A stretch of DNA of 64,000 nt. Origin: an uncultured bacterium. Lineage in GTDB: Bacteria > Krumholzibacteriota > Krumholzibacteriia > Krumholzibacteriales > Krumholzibacteriaceae. A program made the position numbers and the translations under genes. Positions 47,620 to 56,523 of this stretch are shown here, in pieces. The notes under the pieces were generated by a model. That model did no database searches. It was not told where the DNA came from and was given only the letters and a program-made list of their open reading frames with translations. Each line of letters begins with the position of its first letter. Positions within the stretch are counted from its first letter, which is position 1. The stretch is from NCBI GenBank assembly GCA_965369375.1, contig CBDUQN010000003.1:20242-84241 (forward strand), read 5' to 3'.

Positions 47620-47766
47620 TGCTTCTTCTTCCCTTACGGGGTGGTGTCTTTATTTTATAATTATACAATACCTTTTGCGCGATTACTACTAAAATACTTT
47701 AAGGTCCCCGCAGGCGGATATTTTCGAAATCGTTCCCTGTGCAGAGGTCAAGATTGTGTAATGGTC

Positions 47767-47795
47767 TTGAATATGCAAGAGATATTAGATATATT
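47767..47795 (+). promoter_or_regulatory. sigma70-type promoter for the MltD-like gene, overlapped by inverted repeats
   Basis: TTGAAT-17 nt-TATATT. Confidence 0.5.
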
Positions 47796-47818
47796 GTTCG
47801 AAATTCAAAGGTCGTAAA

Positions 47819-49642
47819 ATGAGATCCAGCGTAATTGCATTTATAATCTTCTTAGTTCTTGCGGGGCAGTGCGGATGCCACCGCTCCGCCCGAAATTCAG
47901 GCGTCACGAACGAAGATTCATACCGATCCACCTTTACCGAAGAAGAGATGTATCTCCTCTATCCGCAGCTCCTCTTCCTGCAGGAAAAACTGGATGAGGC
48001 GGCGGCCTACTACTACCTCGGGGATCTCGAGTCCTCCCTCTTTCTCGCTGAGGATCTCGTGAGAATGATCGAGGACGTGGAATCGACATCACCGCCTCCT
48101 CCCATCTGCGATCAAATCGAGATTCTGGGTAGCAAAACCCATGCTCTCATCGAGAAAGTGTCCGAGGAGGAACTGGAGAGGGATTGGGAAATATATATCA
48201 CCGCTGTTCTCGATTCGATAGCACGTAATCATGTCGTCGAGGACGAAATCGAGATAGTCGATAATTGGCGAACCGAGTACTGGTTGAAGTATTTCCAGGG
48301 CAAGGGCCGCAGGAACTTCGACCGCTGGCTCGAACGGGTCGAGCAGTACCGTGATATCATAGAACCCATTCTCGTCGAGCTCGAGCTGCCGCGTGACCTG
48401 CTCTTTCTCGCGGTAATCGAGAGCGGGCTCAATCTCAATGCGCGATCCAGTGTGAACGCGATCGGGCCCTGGCAGTTCATGGCCGGGACAGCGCGAATCT
48501 TCGGTCTGCGAATCAACTGGTGGCTTGATGAACGCAAGGATATCATTGCCGCCACGTATGCCGCCGGTCATTATCTCAAGCACCTTCACAACCTTTTTGG
48601 ATCGTGGCCCCTCGCCCTCGCATCGTACAACTCGGGGGAATACCGCGTCGCTGCCGCGATCTCGCACCAGAAAACCGATAACTACTGGCGGTTGAGACTG
48701 CCGAGCCAGACGAAATGGTTTGTGCCGAAATTCATGGCGGCACTCGCGATCGGGCGTGATCCGGCGCATTACGGTTTCAGGAGTCCCAAGCGGGAAGCGC
48801 TGCGGTTCGACGTGATTACGATAGACAGACCGACCGATCTGAAACTTGTTGCAAAAGCCGCCGGCTGCACGGTGACAAAGATTAAGAAACTCAATCCGGC
48901 GTTGAAACGATGGGCGACGCCGCCCAATATGATCATAGAGCTCAAGGTTCCGGATGGAACGGGTGTTAAGGTTTTCGCCGAGCTCGCAAAGATTCCTCCA
49001 GAGGAGCGAGTTTCCTGGCACCGGCACAAGATCAAGCAGGGAGAAACGCTTTCGAGTATTGCATCAAAATACGAAATATCAACGAGGGAACTGAAACGAA
49101 TAAACGGAATAAAGAACGCTCACAAGATACGCGCCGGGAAGATGCTCATGATTCCGGTAAGGGATGCCGGAACGGTCGCTTCGGCTGCGATCAAGCCGAA
49201 ATACAAGACCTCCCCCAAGCTCCCCGACAAGATAACGATGAAGCGGTATAAGGCACCTGCCAACCACAAGAAGATCGTGTACACGGTCAAGGACAAGGAC
49301 ACCCTGAGCGAAATCGCCGAAAAATTCCATGTGGGGCTCAGCCGCCTGCGGTCGTGGAACGGGCTCCGCTACTCTTCACTCATTCATCCGGGCGACAATC
49401 TCGTCGTATACGTACCGCCGGCGTTCTCGCTGAAAGGAACCGCCGGCCGGGAGAGCTCCGAAACCGCCGATACGAACGGCAAGAAGCGCATTGTTCATGT
49501 CGTCAAGAAGGGCGAAACGCTCAGCCACATCAGCGCGCTCTACAAGAAAAAGATCTCAACGATTCTCACGTGGAATTCGGGGATCAGACGGGACCGGCTC
49601 TACCCCGGCGACCGGATTACTATCTGGATGGAAGCCGACTAG
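47819..49642 (+). CDS. MltD-like lytic transglycosylase with three LysM domains
   Basis: AVIESG, GPWQFM..TA, ASYNSGE; LysM repeats HKIKQGETLSSIA, YTVKDKDTLSEIA, HVVKKGETLSHIS. Confidence 0.92.
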   Translation: MRSSVIAFIIFLVLAGQCGCHRSARNSGVTNEDSYRSTFTEEEMYLLYPQLLFLQEKLDEAAAYYYLGDLESSLFLAEDLVRMIEDVESTSPPPPICDQIEILGSKTHALIEKVSEEELERDWEIYITAVLDSIARNHVVEDEIEIVDNWRTEYWLKYFQGKGRRNFDRWLERVEQYRDIIEPILVELELPRDLLFLAVIESGLNLNARSSVNAIGPWQFMAGTARIFGLRINWWLDERKDIIAATYAAGHYLKHLHNLFGSWPLALASYNSGEYRVAAAISHQKTDNYWRLRLPSQTKWFVPKFMAALAIGRDPAHYGFRSPKREALRFDVITIDRPTDLKLVAKAAGCTVTKIKKLNPALKRWATPPNMIIELKVPDGTGVKVFAELAKIPPEERVSWHRHKIKQGETLSSIASKYEISTRELKRINGIKNAHKIRAGKMLMIPVRDAGTVASAAIKPKYKTSPKLPDKITMKRYKAPANHKKIVYTVKDKDTLSEIAEKFHVGLSRLRSWNGLRYSSLIHPGDNLVVYVPPAFSLKGTAGRESSETADTNGKKRIVHVVKKGETLSHISALYKKKISTILTWNSGIRRDRLYPGDRITIWMEAD

Positions 49643-49674
49643 ATTTCACATCAGCATATCATTCGTGTCTTGAA

Positions 49675-50946
49675 TCAGAAGCTCTCCTCGCTGGCGATGT
49701 AGTAGCCGCCGTCCTCTATGTCGCGCCGGGGAATGGATCTCGTTCGCCTGGAACCGCAAACGAGGCAGTTGGTGCCTATTTCCATTCGAGACGGGATCTT
49801 TGTTTCAATCCCGATCAGGGTGATGCCCATGTCGAGCAATGCCGGTTTGAGCTTGTTCGCAACGCGCGCCTCGCCCGTTCCGATTCTCGTACCGCTTCCG
49901 ACACTCACCGATTTATCCATGATTACATTTCGGATTTCCGCGTCACGGCCGATTACACAATTGTTTAGAATGACGGATCTCACGACACGCGCTCCCCGCT
50001 CTATTCTCACTCCCGGTGAAAGTATCGAAGAATCGACAGCGCCGCTGATGATACATCCGTTTGAAATAAGGGATCTCCGCACCGTTCCGTTTTTCGTGAT
50101 CACGAGCGGCGGATTATCGTCGGGCACTGTCAGTATCGTCGGGGGATCGCCATAGAGCTGCAGGCGCGGCCGTTCAGCGAGGAGTTCGAGGCTCGCTTTG
50201 TAGTAGCTCCGTAATGTGCCGATATCGAGCCAGTATCCGGCGAAGGGAAATGCGGAAACAAGACCCTTTTCGACGAGATACGAAATAACATGTTTACCGA
50301 AATCGAGATTATCGAATGAAGCTTCGAGCTCTCTGACGATTGATATCAGAAAATCCTTCTCGAAGATATAAATCCCCATCGAGGCAAGACGGCTTTTCGT
50401 ATGCATCGGTTTTTCTTCGAATTTGCGTATCGTTCCATCCGCATTGACGGTTGCGATTCCGAATTCCCTGCACAACGATGCCGGAACCTCTACTACGGAC
50501 AGTGAGACCGGTTTCCCGGAGCGCTCATGAGAATCGAGGAATTCACGGTAGTTCATGCGGTAGACATGGTCGCCCGAGAGTATCATTATGTGGGTGCAGT
50601 CGAGCTCTTCGAGAACTGATATGTTCTGGTAAAACGCATCGGCCGTTCCCCGGTACCAGTCGGCGGCCTGGTACCCGAGATGAGGATGGAGAATGCGGAC
50701 TCCTCCTTCGAGGCGATCGAGACCCCACGGCTTTCCGATTCCGATGTGCTTGATGAGAGAACGTGATATGTACTGGGTCAAGACATGGATCTCGTCGATA
50801 CCGGATCGCACGCAATTTGTCAGCGTAAAGTCGATTATCCTGTATCTTCCCGCAAAGGGAACCGCCGGCTTCGCGCGATACCTCGTGAGAAGGCTCAGTC
50901 GCTGCCCTATTCCACCGGCAAGTATGAATGCCACTGTTTTATTCAT
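49675..50946 (-). CDS. glgC: Glucose-1-phosphate adenylyltransferase, catalytic type
   Basis: LAGGIGQRL, RAKPAVPF.GRYRIIDF, WYRGTADA, LSGDH, FEEKP, ASMGIY, YWLDIGT. Confidence 0.88.
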   Translation of the reverse strand: MNKTVAFILAGGIGQRLSLLTRYRAKPAVPFAGRYRIIDFTLTNCVRSGIDEIHVLTQYISRSLIKHIGIGKPWGLDRLEGGVRILHPHLGYQAADWYRGTADAFYQNISVLEELDCTHIMILSGDHVYRMNYREFLDSHERSGKPVSLSVVEVPASLCREFGIATVNADGTIRKFEEKPMHTKSRLASMGIYIFEKDFLISIVRELEASFDNLDFGKHVISYLVEKGLVSAFPFAGYWLDIGTLRSYYKASLELLAERPRLQLYGDPPTILTVPDDNPPLVITKNGTVRRSLISNGCIISGAVDSSILSPGVRIERGARVVRSVILNNCVIGRDAEIRNVIMDKSVSVGSGTRIGTGEARVANKLKPALLDMGITLIGIETKIPSRMEIGTNCLVCGSRRTRSIPRRDIEDGGYYIASEESF

Positions 50947-50982
50947 AGTCGGTTATCCGCGTAATCGGTTCGAAAAATCCAG

Positions 50983-51059
50983 CATGACGTTTGACCCGTG
51001 ACGTGATCCCACATGACGTTTGAACCGTGACGTGATCTCATAAGACGCTCAATCCGTCA
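50983..51059. repeat. Intergenic 29-bp tandem repeat (2 near-perfect copies plus a degenerate third) with TGACGT cores
   Basis: CATGACGTTTGACCCGTGACGTGATCCCA (50983-51011), CATGACGTTTGAACCGTGACGTGATCTCA (51012-51040), TAAGACGCTCAATCCGTCA. Confidence 0.88.
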
Positions 51060-52271
51060 GCGCGCTTTTTTGACCCGAGAGTCTTCTTCGATGATCGCCC
51101 CTTTTGGGATAACAACTCCCCTCTCGAGTATTGTGCCCCTGCCTATCACCGTAATTCCCAAAGCATTCCCCGTGGCGCCGCCATCCTCCGCGAGCGGAAG
51201 GCCTGCGGTGGAGAGGCGTGAATCGAAGCCTATCCGGCTGCCGGCGCCCACGTTCACGAATTTATCCAGGATCGATTTTTTCACACGGGCGCCTGCCGCG
51301 AGTTGCGTGAACGAGAAGACGATGCTGTCTTCTACAACGGCCTCCTTCCCCACAGACACGCCGGGAAAGAGTATGCTTCGACGCACCGTACCGTTGATCC
51401 GACAGCCGTCACCGATAATGGCTTCCGAAGCGTTCGAATCACGCGAAAGCCTGATGGGCGCCAGTTCTGCTCCTCTGGTGAATATCGGCCAATCGGCGTC
51501 GGTCAGCAGCGAACGATGTTTGAGGAGGCGCAGAGATGACCGGTAATAGCTGGATAGAGAGCCGATGTCCTCCCAGTAACCCCTGAACGGGTATCCCGAA
51601 ACATCGCAGCTCTCGATGAGCGGCATGATGATATCGAAGACGATATCAATCCTTTGATCGACTAGCAGACCGAGAAGAAATTTTCTTTCGAAGAGATAGA
51701 TTCCGAGTGAGGCGTATCGATAACTCGAGGAGGCCGGTTTTTCATCGAATGCCGTTACTGCTCCTTCCTGAGAGCATTGAACCATCCCGAATCGGGATTT
51801 CTGACTCGGCCTCACCTCTTTTATCGCCAGGGTAACCGGTCTTTTGTTCTTCACGTGATACTTTATAAGATCACGGTAATCCATTGTGTAAATTTGGTCT
51901 CCGGAAAGTATTAATATCAAATCCGCCTGCGAATGCCGGATGACGTCGATATTCTGGTACAGCGCATCGGCCGTGCCGAGGTACCATTTCGCAACTTCGC
52001 CGTGATGGGTGGGCTGCAGTATCGAAACCCCACCCGTCTTGCGGTCGAGGTCCCACGGCTTGCCCATTCTGATATGATCGATGAGCGATACTGGAGAGTA
52101 CTGGGCGAGAATGGTTATATCGTAAATGTCGGAATGAACACAATTGCTCAAGCCGAAGTCTATAATCCGGTAGCGCCCTCCGTACGGCAGGGCCGTTTTG
52201 GCTCGATGCCTGGTAAGTACCGAAAGACCTTTCCCAGCCGAGCCGGCAAGTATCATTGCGAGCGTTCTCAA
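51057..52271 (-). CDS. Glucose-1-phosphate adenylyltransferase paralog, GlgD-like (degenerate ATP loop)
   Basis: LAGSAGKGL replaces GGxGxRL; RAKTALP; LSGDQ; FDEKP; YWEDIG. Confidence 0.78.
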   Translation of the reverse strand: MRTLAMILAGSAGKGLSVLTRHRAKTALPYGGRYRIIDFGLSNCVHSDIYDITILAQYSPVSLIDHIRMGKPWDLDRKTGGVSILQPTHHGEVAKWYLGTADALYQNIDVIRHSQADLILILSGDQIYTMDYRDLIKYHVKNKRPVTLAIKEVRPSQKSRFGMVQCSQEGAVTAFDEKPASSSYRYASLGIYLFERKFLLGLLVDQRIDIVFDIIMPLIESCDVSGYPFRGYWEDIGSLSSYYRSSLRLLKHRSLLTDADWPIFTRGAELAPIRLSRDSNASEAIIGDGCRINGTVRRSILFPGVSVGKEAVVEDSIVFSFTQLAAGARVKKSILDKFVNVGAGSRIGFDSRLSTAGLPLAEDGGATGNALGITVIGRGTILERGVVIPKGAIIEEDSRVKKAR

Positions 52272-52322
52272 ACGGTACGTGTCCCTCTATGCGGTTTAGA
52301 CAGTTATGAGAGGCAAGACGGC

Positions 52323-53384
52323 TTAATGGGCGATCTGGATTGAAATGCGATGGGTCGTGTCAAATTTTCGGTTCATGAGCAGGGCATAATCCAGTCCGAT
52401 TGTCGTATTCCATCCGAAGTTCTGGAGCAGGAACCCGGCTCCCGCTGTCCACCTATCCATTTTTTCCCAACTTCCCATATCGTTACCGCCCCGCAGGGCG
52501 ACGAGCTCTCTGATAACGAGTTCCGCGCCGAAATGGAAATCCGCGCTCGCCCTGCCGATCCAGTATTGCGACGCCCACTTGCGGTTTTCGAAACGGAAAT
52601 CCCCGTCCACGGCAAGGGTGAGCGTGCTTTTCATGCTCTTGATATCGATCGGGTAGGCGAGTCCGATCTTCAGCGCGGGATATATGAACTCCTTCTTTCC
52701 CGTGCTCCAACTTATATATGTGCCGGTCGCGTCCTGCAGCTTTACGCCGACAGCCAGATCCTTGAACACGCGATCCTTCAGGTAGCCGATATCGATTCCG
52801 ATACCGAAGCTCGTTACACCGGTAATCTGATCGTTGCGGATGAACTTGACGGAACCGCCGACCGAGCCGATGCCCAATTCCTGGGCGTAGGAGAAAAAGA
52901 CCGCAAAGTCGTTGACGCTCTCGATAGGATAGTCCCTGTAGTCGAAGTTCAACACCTCACCGAGATGCGGTTCGTAGATGTCATCGCCGTCGGAGTTACC
53001 GATCATGCCTTCGCTGTATGGAATGACGAGTATGTCGTTTATGCCGAGATGTATGAGTGTGATACCCCATCCGGATTTCCCGCCCTTGAGCGGGCTGACT
53101 GCGGTGGCGAAGTTATAGTCGACGAGATCGCCGAATCGCTCCGAGTGCATGAGCGAGAAGGCCCAGTCCTTCGGCGTCCCCATCATGGCAGAGAATCTCG
53201 CGAGCCCCGCCGGATTCCAGTACGTAGTCGTGGGATCATTTGCAATTGCGATAAAGGCGCCCCCCATGCCCATGGCGCGGGCACCGCCGCCGAGGGCCAT
53301 GAACTCACCGGCGTACTTCTCACCGCGCGCTGCCGACGGCAAGGCTATGCATGCAATACATACGGTGATTATGAGGAGCCGCAT
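52323..53384 (-). CDS. PorV/PorQ-like (FadL-type barrel) outer-membrane protein
   Basis: Signal peptide, then KYAGEFMALGGGARAMGMGGAFIAIANDPTTTYWNPAGL; amphipathic beta strands; DYA...THRISI C-terminus. Confidence 0.78.
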   Translation of the reverse strand: MRLLIITVCIACIALPSAARGEKYAGEFMALGGGARAMGMGGAFIAIANDPTTTYWNPAGLARFSAMMGTPKDWAFSLMHSERFGDLVDYNFATAVSPLKGGKSGWGITLIHLGINDILVIPYSEGMIGNSDGDDIYEPHLGEVLNFDYRDYPIESVNDFAVFFSYAQELGIGSVGGSVKFIRNDQITGVTSFGIGIDIGYLKDRVFKDLAVGVKLQDATGTYISWSTGKKEFIYPALKIGLAYPIDIKSMKSTLTLAVDGDFRFENRKWASQYWIGRASADFHFGAELVIRELVALRGGNDMGSWEKMDRWTAGAGFLLQNFGWNTTIGLDYALLMNRKFDTTHRISIQIAH

Positions 53385-53474
53385 CGTATCCTCCATTTCT
53401 CAGGGGAGCAAAAAACCGCACGACACGCAGCAAGGCAAGCTCAAACAGGGGATATTCATACTCAACTTATTAAC

Positions 53475-53503
53475 ATTATAACAAATCAATTACCGCAAAA
53501 CAA
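53475..53503 (-). promoter_or_regulatory. Extended -10 sigma70 promoter for the porV-like gene and glg genes
   Basis: Minus strand TTGTTT-17 nt-TATAAT with TGn immediately upstream of the -10. Confidence 0.55.
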
Positions 53504-53618
53504 ATGCAATCTTACGGCTCGCGGCTCGATCAACGGAGGCCGGTGGGATCTCAGATCGTTAACAATTGGCTTATTGTCAAAGTGGCGTATCACTGCCTCT
53601 CGTGATGCACGGCAGAGG

Positions 53619-55097
53619 TCAGTCGATCTTGTGTTCCTTGAGCCGTCGGTAGAGTGTCCGTTCCGACATGCCGAGCTGTTTGGCGGCCTTTCTCCGATTG
53701 CCCCTGTTGGCGATGAGGGCCCCGCATATCGCTTCGTGTTCGATGGCGCTCAAACTCCGCGGCTCGGGCGGCGGGGCATCCTCCGTCACCTCCATCCACT
53801 TTCTCAACGGCTTCTGTGCAGGACTCTCTTCTCCCTTCAATATCCTCAATATCTCTTTCACGTCATTGTTCAGCGAGAGAAGAGAATTCAGGATAATTTC
53901 GCGCTCCATCTCCTCTCTGCTCCGGTGAACATGAACGGGAAGGTCGGGAAAAGTTCCCGTTGGGAGGCGTTCTTGCAATCTCTTTTCGATGGCCTCCCTT
54001 CGGATCGTATTTCCCCTGCTCAGAACGATCAGGTTGTCGATTACATTCGAAAGTTCGCGAACGTTTCCCGGCCAGGGGTAGCTGATCAGGATTTCCAACC
54101 CCCCTCTTTCTATTCCATGCACCTTCTTGCCGTGTTTACGGGCGGAACGCCGAATAAAGTAGTTCACGAGGATCGGTATATCGTCCTGCCTCGCTCTCAG
54201 AGGCGGGATGCGCACCTGAACGACCTTTAACCGGTAGTAGAGATCCCTCCTGAATTCCCCTTTTTCGATGGCGGTCTCGAGCTCCCTGTTGGTGGCTGCG
54301 ATGAGGCGAACATCGGTGTGTACCTTTGCCGTTCCGCCGACACGGAGGAATTCGCCCGTCTCGATGACACGCAGCAGTCGCACCTGCATATTGAGGGACA
54401 TCTCTCCCACCTCGTCGAGAAAGAGCGTTCCTTTGTTTGCGCGCTCGAAAAGGCCGATGCGCTGTGAGATGGCACCGGTGAATGAACCGCGCTCATGCCC
54501 GAAGAGTTCGCTCTCGAGCACTCCTTCAGCAAGCGATCCGCAGTTGATGACCTCGAAAGGTTTGTCACGGCGGTGGCTCATAAGATGAATGGCCTTCGCC
54601 GAGAGCTCTTTGCCGGAACCGCTTTCCCCCTCGATGAGAACCGTAACCTCCGTCGGCGCCACCTGGAGAATCGTTTCGAGCATCTCGTAGAGCGTACCGG
54701 AACGGCCGATGATCCCGGCACTGCTCTTGAGCCGTTTGAGTGATACGAGGTGAGTCGCCCGGGCGAAAAAGTCCTCTGCAGCGACCGGTTTGGGGATATA
54801 GAGATCCACACCGGCGTCCCGCTCTCGCTCGATGATTTCACGGGATTTCTCGCTGCCGAATACGATTATATCGAGTGTGATGAAATTCTTCTGAAAGCGC
54901 TTGATAATGCTCAGGTAATTCGAGAAATTCGCCGCGGCAGCTATCGCGAGAATCAGCCCGCCGGGCGGCTCTTCGAGGTTGAGCGGTATGGCTAAGGTGG
55001 TGAACGCCTTGACCGTCAGACCCTCGCTCCCGGCGAGTTCTCTGACGAGCTTTTCGATCTCGTCATCCTGCATCAAGGTCCAAATTTCGGGATTCAT
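53619..55097 (-). CDS. sigma54-dependent enhancer-binding protein with degenerate receiver domain
   Basis: GESGSGKE, ESELFGHERGSFTGA, FLDEVG, RLLRV, YYRL, WPGNVREL, Fis-type HTH; N-domain keeps YIPKP but lacks the acidic pocket. Confidence 0.9.
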   Translation of the reverse strand: MNPEIWTLMQDDEIEKLVRELAGSEGLTVKAFTTLAIPLNLEEPPGGLILAIAAAANFSNYLSIIKRFQKNFITLDIIVFGSEKSREIIERERDAGVDLYIPKPVAAEDFFARATHLVSLKRLKSSAGIIGRSGTLYEMLETILQVAPTEVTVLIEGESGSGKELSAKAIHLMSHRRDKPFEVINCGSLAEGVLESELFGHERGSFTGAISQRIGLFERANKGTLFLDEVGEMSLNMQVRLLRVIETGEFLRVGGTAKVHTDVRLIAATNRELETAIEKGEFRRDLYYRLKVVQVRIPPLRARQDDIPILVNYFIRRSARKHGKKVHGIERGGLEILISYPWPGNVRELSNVIDNLIVLSRGNTIRREAIEKRLQERLPTGTFPDLPVHVHRSREEMEREIILNSLLSLNNDVKEILRILKGEESPAQKPLRKWMEVTEDAPPPEPRSLSAIEHEAICGALIANRGNRRKAAKQLGMSERTLYRRLKEHKID

Positions 55098-55141
55098 CGA
55101 CGTTATCCGGTCCTTAAAATATGAAGCAATTCCTTGCTCGG

Positions 55142-56512
55142 CTACACCAATTGGTACAGTTTGATTTTTTCCCGAAGGGTTTGGCGGCTGATTCCAAGGA
55201 TCCGAGACGCCTTCGACTTATTGCCGCTTGTTTCCTTCAGCGCCTTGTTGATCAGCAGCTTTTCGATATCCTTGATGCTCATCGGGTAGAGGCCGTCGAG
55301 AGCGTCCTGAAGGGTGCCGTCATCCGAATATGCATCACCCCTGATGATCTCCGGCGGGAAATGCTCCGGAAGGATCTTGTCCTCGGCCTCGAGAAGGATC
55401 ACCCGCTCGATGACATTTCGCAGCTCACGTACGTTGCCGGGCCAGGAATAGCCCTGAAACAGCCTCGTGACCTCGGCACTTACCTTTTTGACATCCTTCT
55501 TGAATTCCTTGTTGAACATCGCAATGAAATGGTTCGCGAGCAGCGGGATATCCTCTTTTCGATCCCGCAGCGGCGGCAGGAGGATCGGTATGACCTGAAG
55601 GCGGTAGTAGAGATCGTTTCTGAAGTTTCCGTCTTTTATCGCCTGTTTGAGATCCCGGTTCGTGGCGGACATGATTCTCGTATTGATGCGGAGATCCTTG
55701 ACACCGCCGACGCGCCTGAACGTCTTGTTCTCTATCACTCTGAGAAGCCTGCTCTGCAGGGTGATTCCCATTTCTCCTATCTCGTCGAGAAAGATCGTGC
55801 CGTTCTCCGCCAGCTCGAAGAGCCCCCTCTTCCTGTATTTCGCATCGGTGAAGGCGCCTCTCTCATGACCGAAGAGCTCGCTCTCGAGAAGGCTCTCCGG
55901 AAGCGCAGCGCAATTTATCTCGAGGAACGGCCGGATTCCTCCGTCACCGCTCTCGTGAATAGCCCTCGCGACGAGCTCCTTGCCGGTTCCGCTTTCGCCT
56001 TGGATCAGGATAGTGCTCGCCTTGCTCGCACCGATTTTTCTCACCTTTTCGAAGATGTCCTGCATAACAGCGCTCTTGCCGAGCAGATTCTTGATATTGA
56101 AGTTCTCCCGCTCCTTTTTTCGAATCCCCTCCAGTTCACTCTTCAACCTGCTCGCTTCGAGCGCGTTCTTGACGGCGAGCTTCATCTTATCGAGCTGGAA
56201 CGGTTTCAGCATGAAGTCGTACGCACCACCCTTTATTGCTTCGACCGCGGTTTCGACTTCTCCATAGGCGGTCATCATGACTACCGCCACCCCATTGTCC
56301 AAAGCCTTGAGCTTTTTGAGCACCTTCAAGCCGTTTATATCAGGGAGCTTTAAGTCGAGGATTACGAGATCAGCGGGATCCTCGGTGAAGATCTTAATGC
56401 CCATTTTGCCGTTTTCGGCCTCCGCCACGTCGTAGTCAAGATTCTTCATCGCCTCACCGAGAGACCAGCGGATTGCCTTTTCGTCGTCAATGATCAAGAT
56501 TCTTTTCGGCAT
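55142..56512 (-). CDS. NtrC/AtoC-family sigma54 response regulator
   Basis: Receiver IIDDE..ILDLKLP..MTAY..KPF; GESGTGKE; GAFTDA; WPGNVREL; HTH. Confidence 0.94.
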   Translation of the reverse strand: MPKRILIIDDEKAIRWSLGEAMKNLDYDVAEAENGKMGIKIFTEDPADLVILDLKLPDINGLKVLKKLKALDNGVAVVMMTAYGEVETAVEAIKGGAYDFMLKPFQLDKMKLAVKNALEASRLKSELEGIRKKERENFNIKNLLGKSAVMQDIFEKVRKIGASKASTILIQGESGTGKELVARAIHESGDGGIRPFLEINCAALPESLLESELFGHERGAFTDAKYRKRGLFELAENGTIFLDEIGEMGITLQSRLLRVIENKTFRRVGGVKDLRINTRIMSATNRDLKQAIKDGNFRNDLYYRLQVIPILLPPLRDRKEDIPLLANHFIAMFNKEFKKDVKKVSAEVTRLFQGYSWPGNVRELRNVIERVILLEAEDKILPEHFPPEIIRGDAYSDDGTLQDALDGLYPMSIKDIEKLLINKALKETSGNKSKASRILGISRQTLREKIKLYQLV

Positions 56513-56523
56513 ATATCTCCCCT

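Noticed and set aside
50983-51059. Mini-CRISPR
   Set aside because: The repeats are contiguous with no spacers, and there are no cas genes.
52350-54230. 626-aa plus-strand ORF
   Set aside because: Antisense shadow of the porV-like and sigma54-activator genes, with no recognisable domain. Many similar antisense ORFs arise here from codon bias (e.g. 2187-3422, 26403-27473).
55121-56353. 410-aa plus-strand ORF opposite the NtrC-type regulator
   Set aside because: Typical antisense frame of a conserved AAA+ activator gene.
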